Positions 29,672-38,185 of a stretch of 64,000 nt of DNA are shown piece after piece (the stretch's first letter is position 1; each line of letters opens with the position of its first letter). Position numbers and translations under genes: made by a program. The stretch lies in sequence record PZ452583.1; one strand, written 5' to 3'. Under the pieces are notes generated by a model that searched no databases, had not been told where the DNA came from, and saw only the letters and a program-made list of their open reading frames with translations. This DNA is from a phage.

Positions 29672-30226
29672 TCACTTTGAAATCATAGTTGGAATGACAG
29701 AATCAAGATAAGTCTTTAGCGCAATAGCTTCGTCTTTGGTAAATGTGACAATATGTGCTCGAGAATCATCATTTTGGCGAACAAGTACGACATCGCCATC
29801 TTCATAAGAAGTCTTGACATCCAAAGTCGTAGTATAATTTGCAGCTACTGGATTAATAATGTTAGCACCGCGATCTTTAGCCCATTGAAGTTTAGCCTTT
29901 TCAGGTGTTTCGACTGTTTCAGATTCCAAGAATTCTTTCACCTTGGCAACGAATGTTGCCCAATTGTTAATAGAAAGACACATAAATTCAGTTTCAATAT
30001 TACCGCCGTAAAGGCCACGATAAAAACGAACTTGGAGGTCGTCTGTAATATTAGTTACACCGGTAACTCCTGAGGGAGCATAAGATAAAATCGCAGCCAG
30101 TTCCATAGGAAGAATAGTAATACTATCGTCTTCCTGCGTCAGAACGTATACATTACCGCGTTTTTCGATAACTAGGTCACCGAACAAATCAGTTGTTTCA
30201 ATTACAGCTTTCATATTATTTACCAA
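29672..30226 (-). CDS. Hypothetical protein (paralog-like to 29144..29665)
   Basis: ORF track 184 aa. Confidence 0.55.
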   Translation of the reverse strand: MVNNMKAVIETTDLFGDLVIEKRGNVYVLTQEDDSITILPMELAAILSYAPSGVTGVTNITDDLQVRFYRGLYGGNIETEFMCLSINNWATFVAKVKEFLESETVETPEKAKLQWAKDRGANIINPVAANYTTTLDVKTSYEDGDVVLVRQNDDSRAHIVTFTKDEAIALKTYLDSVIPTMISK

Positions 30227-30401
30227 TTAAAGTTTCAATATAAGAATCGAGATTTACTTTAGCTTCTTCCATAAGAGTTTTGTATTTAATCTTGTTGGCA
30301 TGTCCGGAAAAAGCTGATTCATCAATAATTGTTGATGTATGAACAGCTTTACTATACGTCTCAATTAATTCTCTTAATTTAAAAGCCTGCTCACTTGTCA
30401 T
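30216..30401 (-). CDS. Hypothetical protein
   Basis: ORF track 61 aa; ATG overlaps the stop of an upstream small ORF. Confidence 0.45.
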   Translation of the reverse strand: MTSEQAFKLRELIETYSKAVHTSTIIDESAFSGHANKIKYKTLMEEAKVNLDSYIETLIGK

Positions 30402-30505
30402 TACATACTCCTCTGAATCATATCAATAATGTTATTCACCAAATTATAAGTAAACATTGGGTAATTATATTGAATCATTACATACACAACAAACAAAACT
30501 TTCAT
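30401..30505 (-). CDS. Hypothetical small hydrophobic peptide (34 aa), below ORF-track threshold
   Basis: Reverse complement reads GGAGAAGAGA-ATG...MKVLFVVYVMIQYNYPMFTYNLVNNIIDMIQRSM-stop, stop overlapping the next ATG; early-promoter-like element upstream at about 30510..30550. Confidence 0.3.
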   Translation of the reverse strand: MKVLFVVYVMIQYNYPMFTYNLVNNIIDMIQRSM

Positions 30506-30728
30506 TCTCTTCTCCTTGACAGTTGACAAGATTACTATACCATAACCTTGCCAACTTGTAAACCGTTAAATGTTGTTTTCAATAAAATTTTGAAGCTTTG
30601 TGTGAGCATCAACCATGATTTTCATTTCTTCCTTTGCGAAAGCTGTACCTCTTTCCCGAGAAGAACACTCATAGTCAGAAACTGCATTAGCATATTCTTC
30701 AATTAGTTTCATTAAAAACATCTGCTTT

Positions 30729-30923
30729 TCAGTTTTCATTATTCCACCTAATCATTTCAAGATATTGAACTAACTTAGCTTTAGATTTGTCCAAATCCTT
30801 TTTAGCTGCTTCTATACCGTCGTATGAATATCCTTCACAATGCTCAACTGCTAATTGGTATGAATCTATTTCAATATCATGCGCTAATTTAATGATTTTT
30901 TCAAACTGTTCGCGTGTTAGCAT
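30729..30923 (-). CDS. Hypothetical protein
   Basis: ORF track 64 aa. Confidence 0.45.
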   Translation of the reverse strand: MLTREQFEKIIKLAHDIEIDSYQLAVEHCEGYSYDGIEAAKKDLDKSKAKLVQYLEMIRWNNEN

Positions 30924-30925
30924 AA

Positions 30926-31129
30926 TTAAACTCTCGTATTATGATCGATAATTTCATCAAGAAACATATCTAACGCTTCTAAAGCATTATCAACTTTAGC
31001 TTCAAGTTCATCAATGCCTTTATTTGCAATGCCTGACGAAAACCAAGCAAAGTCACTAAGTTCCTCGTCTGCTTTACGAATTAAAGCTACCAATTCCTTA
31101 ATTTTATCCGCTTGTTCGATACTAATCAT
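30926..31129 (-). CDS. Hypothetical protein
   Basis: Track ORF 30926..31165; supported start ATG 31129..31127 ([11 protein letters not shown]) overlapping the upstream stop. Confidence 0.45.
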   Translation of the reverse strand: MISIEQADKIKELVALIRKADEELSDFAWFSSGIANKGIDELEAKVDNALEALDMFLDEIIDHNTRV

Positions 31130-31317
31130 TATTCCACCACATATGAAAGAGAGAATATTGCACACGCCATGTGAGTTGCAACTTCATCACACATATTATA
31201 ACGTTTCTTAAGAAGTTCTACAAGTTCTTCACTAGTAACTTCATCCATGTCGACGAAAAAATCACCATTAATGATGACGTAGATATTTCCTTCTTGATTA
31301 AGTGCTTCAATTTTCAT
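31129..31317 (-). CDS. Hypothetical protein
   Basis: Track ORF 31129..31362; supported start ATG 31317..31315 ([10 protein letters not shown]) after GAGGAGAA; early-promoter-like element upstream at about 31330..31372. Confidence 0.45.
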
Positions 31318-31384
31318 GATGTTCTCCTCTTTATCCGATGGTTGTATAGTATCACAGCTCAAATGGAAAGTAAACCGGTAAAAT

Positions 31385-31408
31385 GAAAAAAGTCTCCCGA
31401 AGGAGACT
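31385..31408 (-). terminator. Intrinsic terminator (C(UUCG)G-type hairpin plus U-tract)
   Basis: Minus strand AGUCUCCUUCGGGAGACU followed by UUUUUUCAUUUU, downstream of the 31413..31799 gene. Confidence 0.55.
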
Positions 31409-31412
31409 AACG

Positions 31413-31799
31413 TTATTCGAGGGAAAGAAGATATTTACTCTGGTAAAACATTCCAGTAATATCATCTATCGTGCTTTGAATGGCTGGAGGCATTTCTTTG
31501 TAAATGCTGTTAGATTGGTCTAGTATGCGATCAATCATTTTAATTGTGTCGGTAGGAAGTTTACTGGCATCTGGAATTGAAGGTGTGTATTTTCTACCAG
31601 AATACCCCAAATATTGCTCACCAAATTTATCAATCAAATCTGGCAACTCGGAGAAAATAAAATCGTATGCTTTGTGTCTAGCATAACTTTTAGTTTCAAA
31701 ATGTGCAGAATGAAAATAAGTTTGTGCAGCCATTAATAAACCTAAGTATTCATCTGCCTTTGAAGGTTTTCCACTTTGTGAAAAGTCGCTGAATTTCAT
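31413..31799 (-). CDS. Hypothetical protein (T4 rI.-1 position)
   Basis: ORF track 128 aa; immediately downstream of rI. Confidence 0.55.
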
Positions 31800-32089
31800 T
31801 CAGTCTCCAATTTAATGTTCATAATTCTAGCGTATGATTGTGCCATCTCCGCGCATCGCTCTATACATTCAAAATCAGAAGAGCACGGGTCATTTTTATA
31901 GGTCGTTCTCATAAAACTATAGAATTGTTCAGACGATTCTACGCTTTTATTTTCAAAAAGCATATAAACGTGCCTAATACCAGATTCCATAAATTTATCA
32001 AAATGAGGATCGACATTCGCTTCAATCGATGGAGATAAAACAAATGACAATCCTAGCATGGCAAATAGTGCCGTTGCTTTTAAGGCCAT
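31796..32089 (-). CDS. rI: Lysis-inhibition regulator rI (periplasmic/membrane)
   Basis: ORF track 97 aa; sequence MALKATALFAMLGLSFVLSPSIEANVDPHFDKFMESGIRHVYML matches T4 RI as recalled. Confidence 0.88.
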   Translation of the reverse strand: MALKATALFAMLGLSFVLSPSIEANVDPHFDKFMESGIRHVYMLFENKSVESSEQFYSFMRTTYKNDPCSSDFECIERCAEMAQSYARIMNIKLETE

Positions 32090-32101
32090 AAAGGCCTCCT
32101 A

Positions 32102-32314
32102 TCATTTTTGTCCTGTATTTACTTTATGCCGGTGCACGGCCTTAACTTTATCAAGGTATTTTTCAAAATTTCGCAATCTAGTATAGTCTGCCGGAGATTG
32201 GTTGAGCGATACTTCTCGACGCAAAGCTGAAATGATATTTCCAACTTCCCTACGAATTTCATCTAATTGAAGCACAGTAAGATTGCGAAGTTGCTTTTCA
32301 GTTAATTGTAGCAT
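32102..32314 (-). CDS. Hypothetical protein (T4 rI.1 position)
   Basis: ORF track 70 aa. Confidence 0.5.
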
Positions 32315-32356
32315 ATATACCCCTTTAGTTAGATAAACCTATTTATAACTTTTGCA

Positions 32357-32938
32357 CTAACCAAGCTTTTTAGTTAATTCATTCCAATGTTTTCTGCACA
32401 AAGAAACATAAATTTCATCACCAATACAGATTTGATTACCTTCTTTAACTGGTGTTCCATCTTCCATTAATCGAGCTGTCATAATCGCTTTTTTGCCGCA
32501 ATGACAAACTGCCTTTAGTTCAATAAGTTTATCTGCAATCGCTAAAAGTTCTTTAGAACCTTCAAACAATTTTCCAGCGAAATCAGTCCTTAATCCATAA
32601 GCCATAACAGGAACATTATATGTATCAACAATTCGGCTTAATTGGTGCACCTGTTCAGTTTTTAAAAACTGAGCTTCATCTACAAATACGCAATGAATAT
32701 CTTTTTGTGCTTCAGCCCATTTATAGAACTCGAAAATATCCATATCATCTGTAATAATATTCGCTTCCTGTTTAATTCCAATGCGAGAAACAACTTCACA
32801 GACAGAATCGCGAGTATCAATAGCAGGCTTAAGAACTAATACACTCATTCCACGTTCTTTATAATTATGTGCAGCAGTCAAAAGAGAAGCAGATTTTCCA
32901 GCATTCATTGCTGCATAAGTAAAAATTAAACTCGCCAT
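32357..32938 (-). CDS. tk: Thymidine kinase
   Basis: ORF track 193 aa (T4 size); P-loop MNAGKSASLL; C-terminal zinc-site cysteines. Confidence 0.92.
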   Translation of the reverse strand: MASLIFTYAAMNAGKSASLLTAAHNYKERGMSVLVLKPAIDTRDSVCEVVSRIGIKQEANIITDDMDIFEFYKWAEAQKDIHCVFVDEAQFLKTEQVHQLSRIVDTYNVPVMAYGLRTDFAGKLFEGSKELLAIADKLIELKAVCHCGKKAIMTARLMEDGTPVKEGNQICIGDEIYVSLCRKHWNELTKKLG

Positions 32939-32947
32939 ATCACCTTC

Positions 32948-33133
32948 TTAAAGCGTATTCACATAAGCTATTAATTCATTTTCTTTCTTATCAAACCGAT
33001 CAGCAAATTCTTCCTGCTGTTCGGGAGATAGCGGGCCGTATTCATCATAAAAGGTGTTTGCTTCTGCATGCTCATCTAGAAGTTCATGGATAAGCTCAAA
33101 CAATTTATCTTTTTGTTCTTTGCTTAGGCTCAC
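32948..33133 (-). CDS. Hypothetical protein
   Basis: ORF track 61 aa, acidic. Confidence 0.5.
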   Translation of the reverse strand: MSLSKEQKDKLFELIHELLDEHAEANTFYDEYGPLSPEQQEEFADRFDKKENELIAYVNTL

Positions 33134-33302
33134 AGTATGTCAATCCCCAAAAGTTTTAAAATGACTCGTTTCTGATTCATAACCGCTACGATTGAATGAC
33201 CGTTGGGGTCTTTTTGACCCGATCCAATTATAAATCCTTTTTGTGCAGAAAGTTCAATCAAAACATCAAGTTCACGTAATAATTGATATTTTAAATCATC
33301 AT

Positions 33303-33509
33303 TCATTTTGGTTTACCTTCTTTAACGAAATCAGGATAAGGATAAAATCCCGAATAAAATCCTTCACCTTTATGATTGATGCATCCTTTATTAGAACAAT
33401 AGCACCAATAATCGAAATCACAAGCCATTTCATCATTACATAAAGCAAAAACAACAGGCCACTTACACTTTTCACAGTGGGCATTTTTAAGAATACTAGT
33501 TTGGCTCAT
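33303..33509 (-). CDS. Hypothetical Cys-rich protein
   Basis: Track ORF 33303..33530; supported start ATG 33509..33507 in an ATGA overlap with the upstream stop; multiple Cys pairs (CEKC, CYC). Confidence 0.45.
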   Translation of the reverse strand: MSQTSILKNAHCEKCKWPVVFALCNDEMACDFDYWCYCSNKGCINHKGEGFYSGFYPYPDFVKEGKPK

Positions 33510-33718
33510 AACCATGTAACCTTTAAGCAATATTCTTCTACATGTTGTTTACGACCTTTCTTATCAATAAAGGTATATTCAACGAATGTTCCAATGTAGT
33601 CTTTATCTACATCATGTGGACTATTAATTGGACATTTAGTACGGCAAATGCGTTCCCATTGACGAATAATTACTGCTTTGTTTTTAGGATCAAACGGATG
33701 CGGGTAATGTACTTTCAT
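33506..33718 (-). CDS. Hypothetical protein
   Basis: ORF track 70 aa. Confidence 0.45.
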   Translation of the reverse strand: MKVHYPHPFDPKNKAVIIRQWERICRTKCPINSPHDVDKDYIGTFVEYTFIDKKGRKQHVEEYCLKVTWL

Positions 33719-34169
33719 AATCCACCACTATTAAATCAATATCAGGAGTAAACATGTCGATTAATTTAGAAACCTTATCCCAATCGCCGCCAGCAATACC
33801 ACAACCTATGCGTGGAATGTAAATTACCGGTTTAAACAAAAGGGTTTCTGCCTGTAGATTTAATTCTATCATGCAGTTTACTAAAGCACCATAATCAAGA
33901 TTAGGACCTGGTTCGTATTGCGTATACAAGTTATAACATATGCCAAAACCATTAGGTTTATGTTTAAAAACAATAGACATATCGCCTAATTTATCACGAG
34001 AACCGTACTCAGTAGTGGTTTTATCTATTTCTAAAATTTTGGGATAGGCTCTTGCTAATTGACCCGCTACACCTGAACCCATAGTATGAAAACAATTGCA
34101 CCCGTGCGCAATAATATTACCTTGAAGAAATAGGGCGACAATATCGCCCTTGATATATTTTACAATCAT
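33690..34169 (-). CDS. Macrodomain-like protein (predicted ADP-ribose binding/hydrolase)
   Basis: ORF track 159 aa; N-terminal KGDIVAL...GNIIAHGCNCFHTMGSGVAGQLA and C-terminal IPRIGCGIAGGDW resemble macrodomain signature regions. Confidence 0.55.
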   Translation of the reverse strand: MIVKYIKGDIVALFLQGNIIAHGCNCFHTMGSGVAGQLARAYPKILEIDKTTTEYGSRDKLGDMSIVFKHKPNGFGICYNLYTQYEPGPNLDYGALVNCMIELNLQAETLLFKPVIYIPRIGCGIAGGDWDKVSKLIDMFTPDIDLIVVDYESTLPASV

Positions 34170-34507
34170 CTAGTACTCAATCCTCGATTATAAGAATCTA
34201 CCAAACGGTCAACCATTGAATGACAAGCGGCTTTATCTTTCTCCTCCGCAACTGAACATTCTAAGGTATTCCACTTTTTAGCATATCGTTTTAACAGTGT
34301 ATCATTTTTGTATCTGCTTGATTTATCTCTTTCTCCGTCTTTATATGCATATATTAATTTCTGCGCAAATTCAGCTTGGCATGCTTTATTTTTCCCGCAA
34401 TAATCCGCTGCAGTACGGTTTACATACTCTCTAATTTCAGTATATGATGTATCTGCTAACGCAGAAAATGAAATTAATCCTATACATAAAACCAAAATTT
34501 TAGTCAT
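34166..34507 (-). CDS. Hypothetical exported protein (signal peptide), T4 vs position
   Basis: ORF track 113 aa; N-terminus MTKILVLCIGLISFSALADTSY is a typical Sec signal peptide. Confidence 0.55.
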   Translation of the reverse strand: MTKILVLCIGLISFSALADTSYTEIREYVNRTAADYCGKNKACQAEFAQKLIYAYKDGERDKSSRYKNDTLLKRYAKKWNTLECSVAEEKDKAACHSMVDRLVDSYNRGLSTR

Positions 34508-35045
34508 TTACTATTTCCAAAAGTTTATTATTTTTAAGGTAATTAGCCTTTTCTAGGACTTCAGAAGCATATTTAGAACCTGCTTTAACATTCCATCCCG
34601 AATTATAAGAGGATATTGCTTTTCTTATATCGCCCTTATGTATATTTAACCAATAAGAAAGTTCAATGTACGCCCAGGAAGCTGAATTGGACCGTTTATT
34701 CAACATTCTTTTTATTTCAGCATCGGTCATATTATAACCAAGTTCCTTAACTCTTGCTCGCATAGTAGGCAAATAATTTTGGAACATTCCATAAGCGTGA
34801 TGCTTTGGTTTAGATTTTAAATTAACTCCGCCAGAGCTTTCTTGCCATAAAATAGCAGCCATTATATGACCTAATCCGCTCTTGTGGATATTTTTGTGTG
34901 TTTTATATTTTCCATCCTTAGAAAATTGTTCCCCGAATTGATACGCGTAACGCATGTTATCGAGTTGGACATTACTGAAAGTATGCTCGGAGCTATGTGC
35001 CATCATTGAAATGGCCAATAGACCAGCGAGTAGTGCTTTTCTCAT
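34500..35045 (-). CDS. Predicted periplasmic lytic transglycosylase (SLT-like)
   Basis: ORF track 181 aa; signal peptide MRKALLAGLLAISMMAHS; SLT-like motifs ILWQESSGG, YGMFQ, SSYNSG. Confidence 0.6.
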   Translation of the reverse strand: MRKALLAGLLAISMMAHSSEHTFSNVQLDNMRYAYQFGEQFSKDGKYKTHKNIHKSGLGHIMAAILWQESSGGVNLKSKPKHHAYGMFQNYLPTMRARVKELGYNMTDAEIKRMLNKRSNSASWAYIELSYWLNIHKGDIRKAISSYNSGWNVKAGSKYASEVLEKANYLKNNKLLEIVND

Positions 35046-35052
35046 GCTTACC

Positions 35053-35514
35053 TCATTGAGTTTTAATTACTGCTTTAGAAGCCTTTCCTGGTAAACGACG
35101 ACTGTTGATAATTGCCATCCTGCATTGAAGTGACGGGTTTTTGAACTTCTCATTAGGCTTACAAACCGTAAATCCAAGCCAAAGATTTCCATCTGTGATT
35201 TCTAAACGTCCAGGACGATATTCAACCCCATCAATAAAATCCTCGTCAATGTCAGGACGCGGAGGCATACTCAGGAATTCATTAACTTCTAAAACATGGT
35301 CTTTTATTTTATGGAATAATTCAAAAACATATGTCTCATCAATCTCCCGTTGAATTGCACGATCAAGAAGATGCTGAGAATATTTTAGATGAAACGATGA
35401 GACCCCTGCTGCTTTTGATGCCTCACGAATCTCATTGTTAATTTGACGAAACTCCGACTCAAAGTGACGACGAAGCTTATTTCGACGGATAAAAACTTCT
35501 GTATTGATAGTCAT
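35053..35514 (-). CDS. regB: RegB site-specific endoribonuclease
   Basis: ORF track 153 aa (T4 size); T4 synteny (between the vs region and denV). Confidence 0.8.
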   Translation of the reverse strand: MTINTEVFIRRNKLRRHFESEFRQINNEIREASKAAGVSSFHLKYSQHLLDRAIQREIDETYVFELFHKIKDHVLEVNEFLSMPPRPDIDEDFIDGVEYRPGRLEITDGNLWLGFTVCKPNEKFKNPSLQCRMAIINSRRLPGKASKAVIKTQ

Positions 35515-35541
35515 GTTATTCTCCTCTTAACTGATAGAAAA

Positions 35542-35571
35542 ATTATACCACAGTCAAGAGGAAAAGTAAAC
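35542..35571 (-). promoter_or_regulatory. T4 early-promoter-like element upstream of regB
   Basis: Minus strand GTTTAC, 18-nt spacer, TATAAT, then GAGGAG and the regB ATG. Confidence 0.5.
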
Positions 35572-35573
35572 AG

Positions 35574-35852
35574 TTATTCTTTAAATCTAATCAATTTATT
35601 CATAGACTTTGAAACTTCTGCACGAACCTCATGTAAGTTTTTAAGCTGTTCAAGACGCTGCTCATAGTAAGCAATTTCATCTTCTTCGAGACAGTCCTGT
35701 GAATCTTCTTTAAGATAACGTGCATAGTCCTGAAAAGCTTTACGGACTACTTCCTGGAAGTCATCAAGACTTTGAATTTTCTTAGGAGCGGCAGATACAC
35801 GACGAGGTGCAGTATAATACTCATAACCAAACCCTGCACTTAATTGAGCCAT
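35574..35852 (-). CDS. Hypothetical protein
   Basis: Track ORF 35574..35894; supported start ATG 35852..35850 overlapping the upstream stop. Confidence 0.5.
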   Translation of the reverse strand: MAQLSAGFGYEYYTAPRRVSAAPKKIQSLDDFQEVVRKAFQDYARYLKEDSQDCLEEDEIAYYEQRLEQLKNLHEVRAEVSKSMNKLIRFKE

Positions 35853-36118
35853 TAGTATTTTTCCTCTGGTTGGAACACTGCACGACAAGCCCACATACTG
35901 GCTTCTTTGAGTTTCGTTTTAGCAATAGTTAACTGATCGAGGCTTTCAGCATAATTCTTCGCGAGTTCATCATCTTCACAATTATCTAGTGCTTCCCAGA
36001 ATTCATCGTATAAAGCGTCAAAGATAAGTCCTAAACGAACTTCAGCGTCTTTAATAGCATTCACTTTACCGATTTTCTCTTCAGTATGCGGCTTATAACC
36101 TTTAATGTCTTCAATCAT
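35852..36118 (-). CDS. Hypothetical protein
   Basis: Track ORF 35852..36154; supported start ATG 36118..36116 ([15 protein letters not shown]). Confidence 0.5.
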   Translation of the reverse strand: MIEDIKGYKPHTEEKIGKVNAIKDAEVRLGLIFDALYDEFWEALDNCEDDELAKNYAESLDQLTIAKTKLKEASMWACRAVFQPEEKY

Positions 36119-36332
36119 ATTTGACTTCCTCACCAGTACATAAATCATATTCAACTAAACGAATAGGTTCATGAATGCCATATCCTTGAACAGAAATTTC
36201 TGTCGTAGGATAAATTCCATCAATATCACCCATATTCCAGGCTTCATTAAATTGCTGTTCGCCTGAATTACTAAACCACTCGGCGAAAGCATTTAGCACA
36301 TCTTTAGAACCTTCAATAATTATCTTTGCCAT
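36111..36332 (-). CDS. Hypothetical protein
   Basis: ORF track 73 aa. Confidence 0.5.
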   Translation of the reverse strand: MAKIIIEGSKDVLNAFAEWFSNSGEQQFNEAWNMGDIDGIYPTTEISVQGYGIHEPIRLVEYDLCTGEEVKYD

Positions 36333-36694
36333 TACAAACTCTCAGTAAAGGTACGAGCAATAACGTCGCGCTGCTGTTCCGGAGTCAGAGAGTTAAAGCG
36401 AACTGCATAACCTGATACACGGATGGTCAGCTGCGGATATTTTTCCGGATGCTTAACTGCATCTTCCAGAGTTTCACGACGCAGAACGTTAACGTTCAGG
36501 TGTTGACCACCTTCAATTTTAACTGTAGGCTGTTGCTCAATTTCAATTTCACGGGCATGCAAACCATAGAAAATTTCTGGGTCTACAAAAGAGTCCTCTT
36601 TAAAGGTTTTAGAGACAATAATTCGTGCTTGAATACCATCTTCAAAATAAATAGTACCTTTATGTGTGCCTTCAAGAATTTGATATGCTTTCAT
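36332..36694 (-). CDS. Autonomous glycyl-radical cofactor-like protein (GrcA/YfiD-like)
   Basis: ORF track 120 aa; glycyl-radical signature RVSGYAVRF near the C-terminus; size and layout as for a PFL C-terminal domain homolog. Confidence 0.75.
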   Translation of the reverse strand: MKAYQILEGTHKGTIYFEDGIQARIIVSKTFKEDSFVDPEIFYGLHAREIEIEQQPTVKIEGGQHLNVNVLRRETLEDAVKHPEKYPQLTIRVSGYAVRFNSLTPEQQRDVIARTFTESL

Positions 36695-36701
36695 ATAAAC
36701 C

Positions 36702-37031
36702 TCAATTAGAAAATAAATTTATCCAAGATTGTTCTTTAATTAAAAATGGCTCAGAATCATATGCCATTAAACTTTGGGTGATTAGTCCTTTAAAAGGCCC
36801 ATCAATAAATTCCATGGTAAAATATGGAATTTTATTCATTAGCCGTGCATTAGGAGCAGTACACAAAACTCTGCATCCTTTGAATACGCCTTTTTGTAAT
36901 TTGTATTGCTTGGGATAAAATTCGCTCAAAATGTTATTATTTGCTAAAATTTCAAAATGATTCACCAATTTATTTTTAATAGTTTTTGGCGAAAAATAAA
37001 GATATTCGAAAAGCTGAGTGTCTGTCATCAT
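36702..37031 (-). CDS. Hypothetical protein
   Basis: Track ORF 36702..37082; supported start ATG 37031..37029 ([13 protein letters not shown]). Confidence 0.5.
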   Translation of the reverse strand: MMTDTQLFEYLYFSPKTIKNKLVNHFEILANNNILSEFYPKQYKLQKGVFKGCRVLCTAPNARLMNKIPYFTMEFIDGPFKGLITQSLMAYDSEPFLIKEQSWINLFSN

Positions 37032-37624
37032 TGCATTCCGATTACGAAAAACTGTGGACGAGTAATACCACCAATGCAACATTTACTATTGCAGCAGTGT
37101 TGCACAGTTTCAATATGAATATCGTAAATTTTATCCATATCAGGAGATTTAACAGGCTCATCAATTATATACAAAATTCGTGAAAGCGATAAACCTCTGA
37201 ACTTGCTACCTCTATTACCAATAAAACTGCGCACAGAATCAGTAAATAAACGAAAACGTATATCATCATTAGAATAACGCGAAAATTCCTTTTTAATGTT
37301 ATTTGCAGAAATTTTAGCGTAAGCTGAAGTATTAGATAGAACAATAACTGTTCCGCCATCATACAGCCAATTAGCAGCAAAGTTAGTCACAGCAATTGAT
37401 TTACCGGATTGACGTCCACCATCTATACGAAGTGTACAGTACTGTTTAAGTAATTCTTCAAATGGCGGGATATATTCGTTTTTACAAATTTCTTCTACTC
37501 TAGCATCAGAATGGTGTGTAAAAGCATTCATCAGGGATAGATACGGGCCAGTTAAAAATGTTCTCATATTTTCTCTCTTAATTTTTGGGCCATTCCATGG
37601 CACATGAGTTGTCCATTCCTGCAT
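37028..37624 (-). CDS. Predicted P-loop NTPase
   Basis: ORF track 198 aa; Walker A-like GGRQSGKS; start ambiguous (ATG 37624 or 37567). Confidence 0.5.
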   Translation of the reverse strand: MQEWTTHVPWNGPKIKRENMRTFLTGPYLSLMNAFTHHSDARVEEICKNEYIPPFEELLKQYCTLRIDGGRQSGKSIAVTNFAANWLYDGGTVIVLSNTSAYAKISANNIKKEFSRYSNDDIRFRLFTDSVRSFIGNRGSKFRGLSLSRILYIIDEPVKSPDMDKIYDIHIETVQHCCNSKCCIGGITRPQFFVIGMQ

Positions 37625-37702
37625 TACCCATTACCGCGCTTTGGCTCGACCTTATCACAGGTTGGCGGGAATACCTCAAATGAGGTCCAGGCTGTTCCCA
37701 TA

Positions 37703-38176
37703 TTATTTGAACGATTTAACGTACTGAATAGAACCCTTACTATTCACAAAGGCAATTTTACCATTTTTATTATACATGGTAGCAGTACGCTGATAACCAT
37801 AGGTTTGTTTACCAGATTGATAACCAACTAATGCAAAATTATCTTCACCCATTTTATTCTGTTTAGCGCGAATGCGTTCATGACCATGTGCCATAAGAAC
37901 CTTAGCATCACCAGTTGCAATGGATCGACGAGTTTTTTCATCTTCAACTGTATTAACAAAGTCGTCAAATGAATCAAATTTAGCATGAGATTTATTATAC
38001 AGTTTTCCATCTACTGCATAATTATATCCTTGTACATCCATCTCAACTTCTGTACCATCATCCAATACAGCAGTGATTTTTTGACCTTTTTTAAATTTCA
38101 AAAGATCAGTAAAAGATTCAGCAATAATTTGAGAATTAATAGCTGCTTCAGTAATAAATTCTTGATATGTTTTCAT
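37703..38176 (-). CDS. Internal-protein-like (capsid-targeting sequence) protein
   Basis: ORF track 157 aa; N-terminus MKTYQEFITEA nearly identical to the T4 IPIII capsid-targeting sequence MKTYQEFIAE, with an I-T-E gp21-type cleavage motif; AAAGGAAA Shine-Dalgarno. Confidence 0.65.
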   Translation of the reverse strand: MKTYQEFITEAAINSQIIAESFTDLLKFKKGQKITAVLDDGTEVEMDVQGYNYAVDGKLYNKSHAKFDSFDDFVNTVEDEKTRRSIATGDAKVLMAHGHERIRAKQNKMGEDNFALVGYQSGKQTYGYQRTATMYNKNGKIAFVNSKGSIQYVKSFK

Positions 38177-38185
38177 GGGTTTCCT

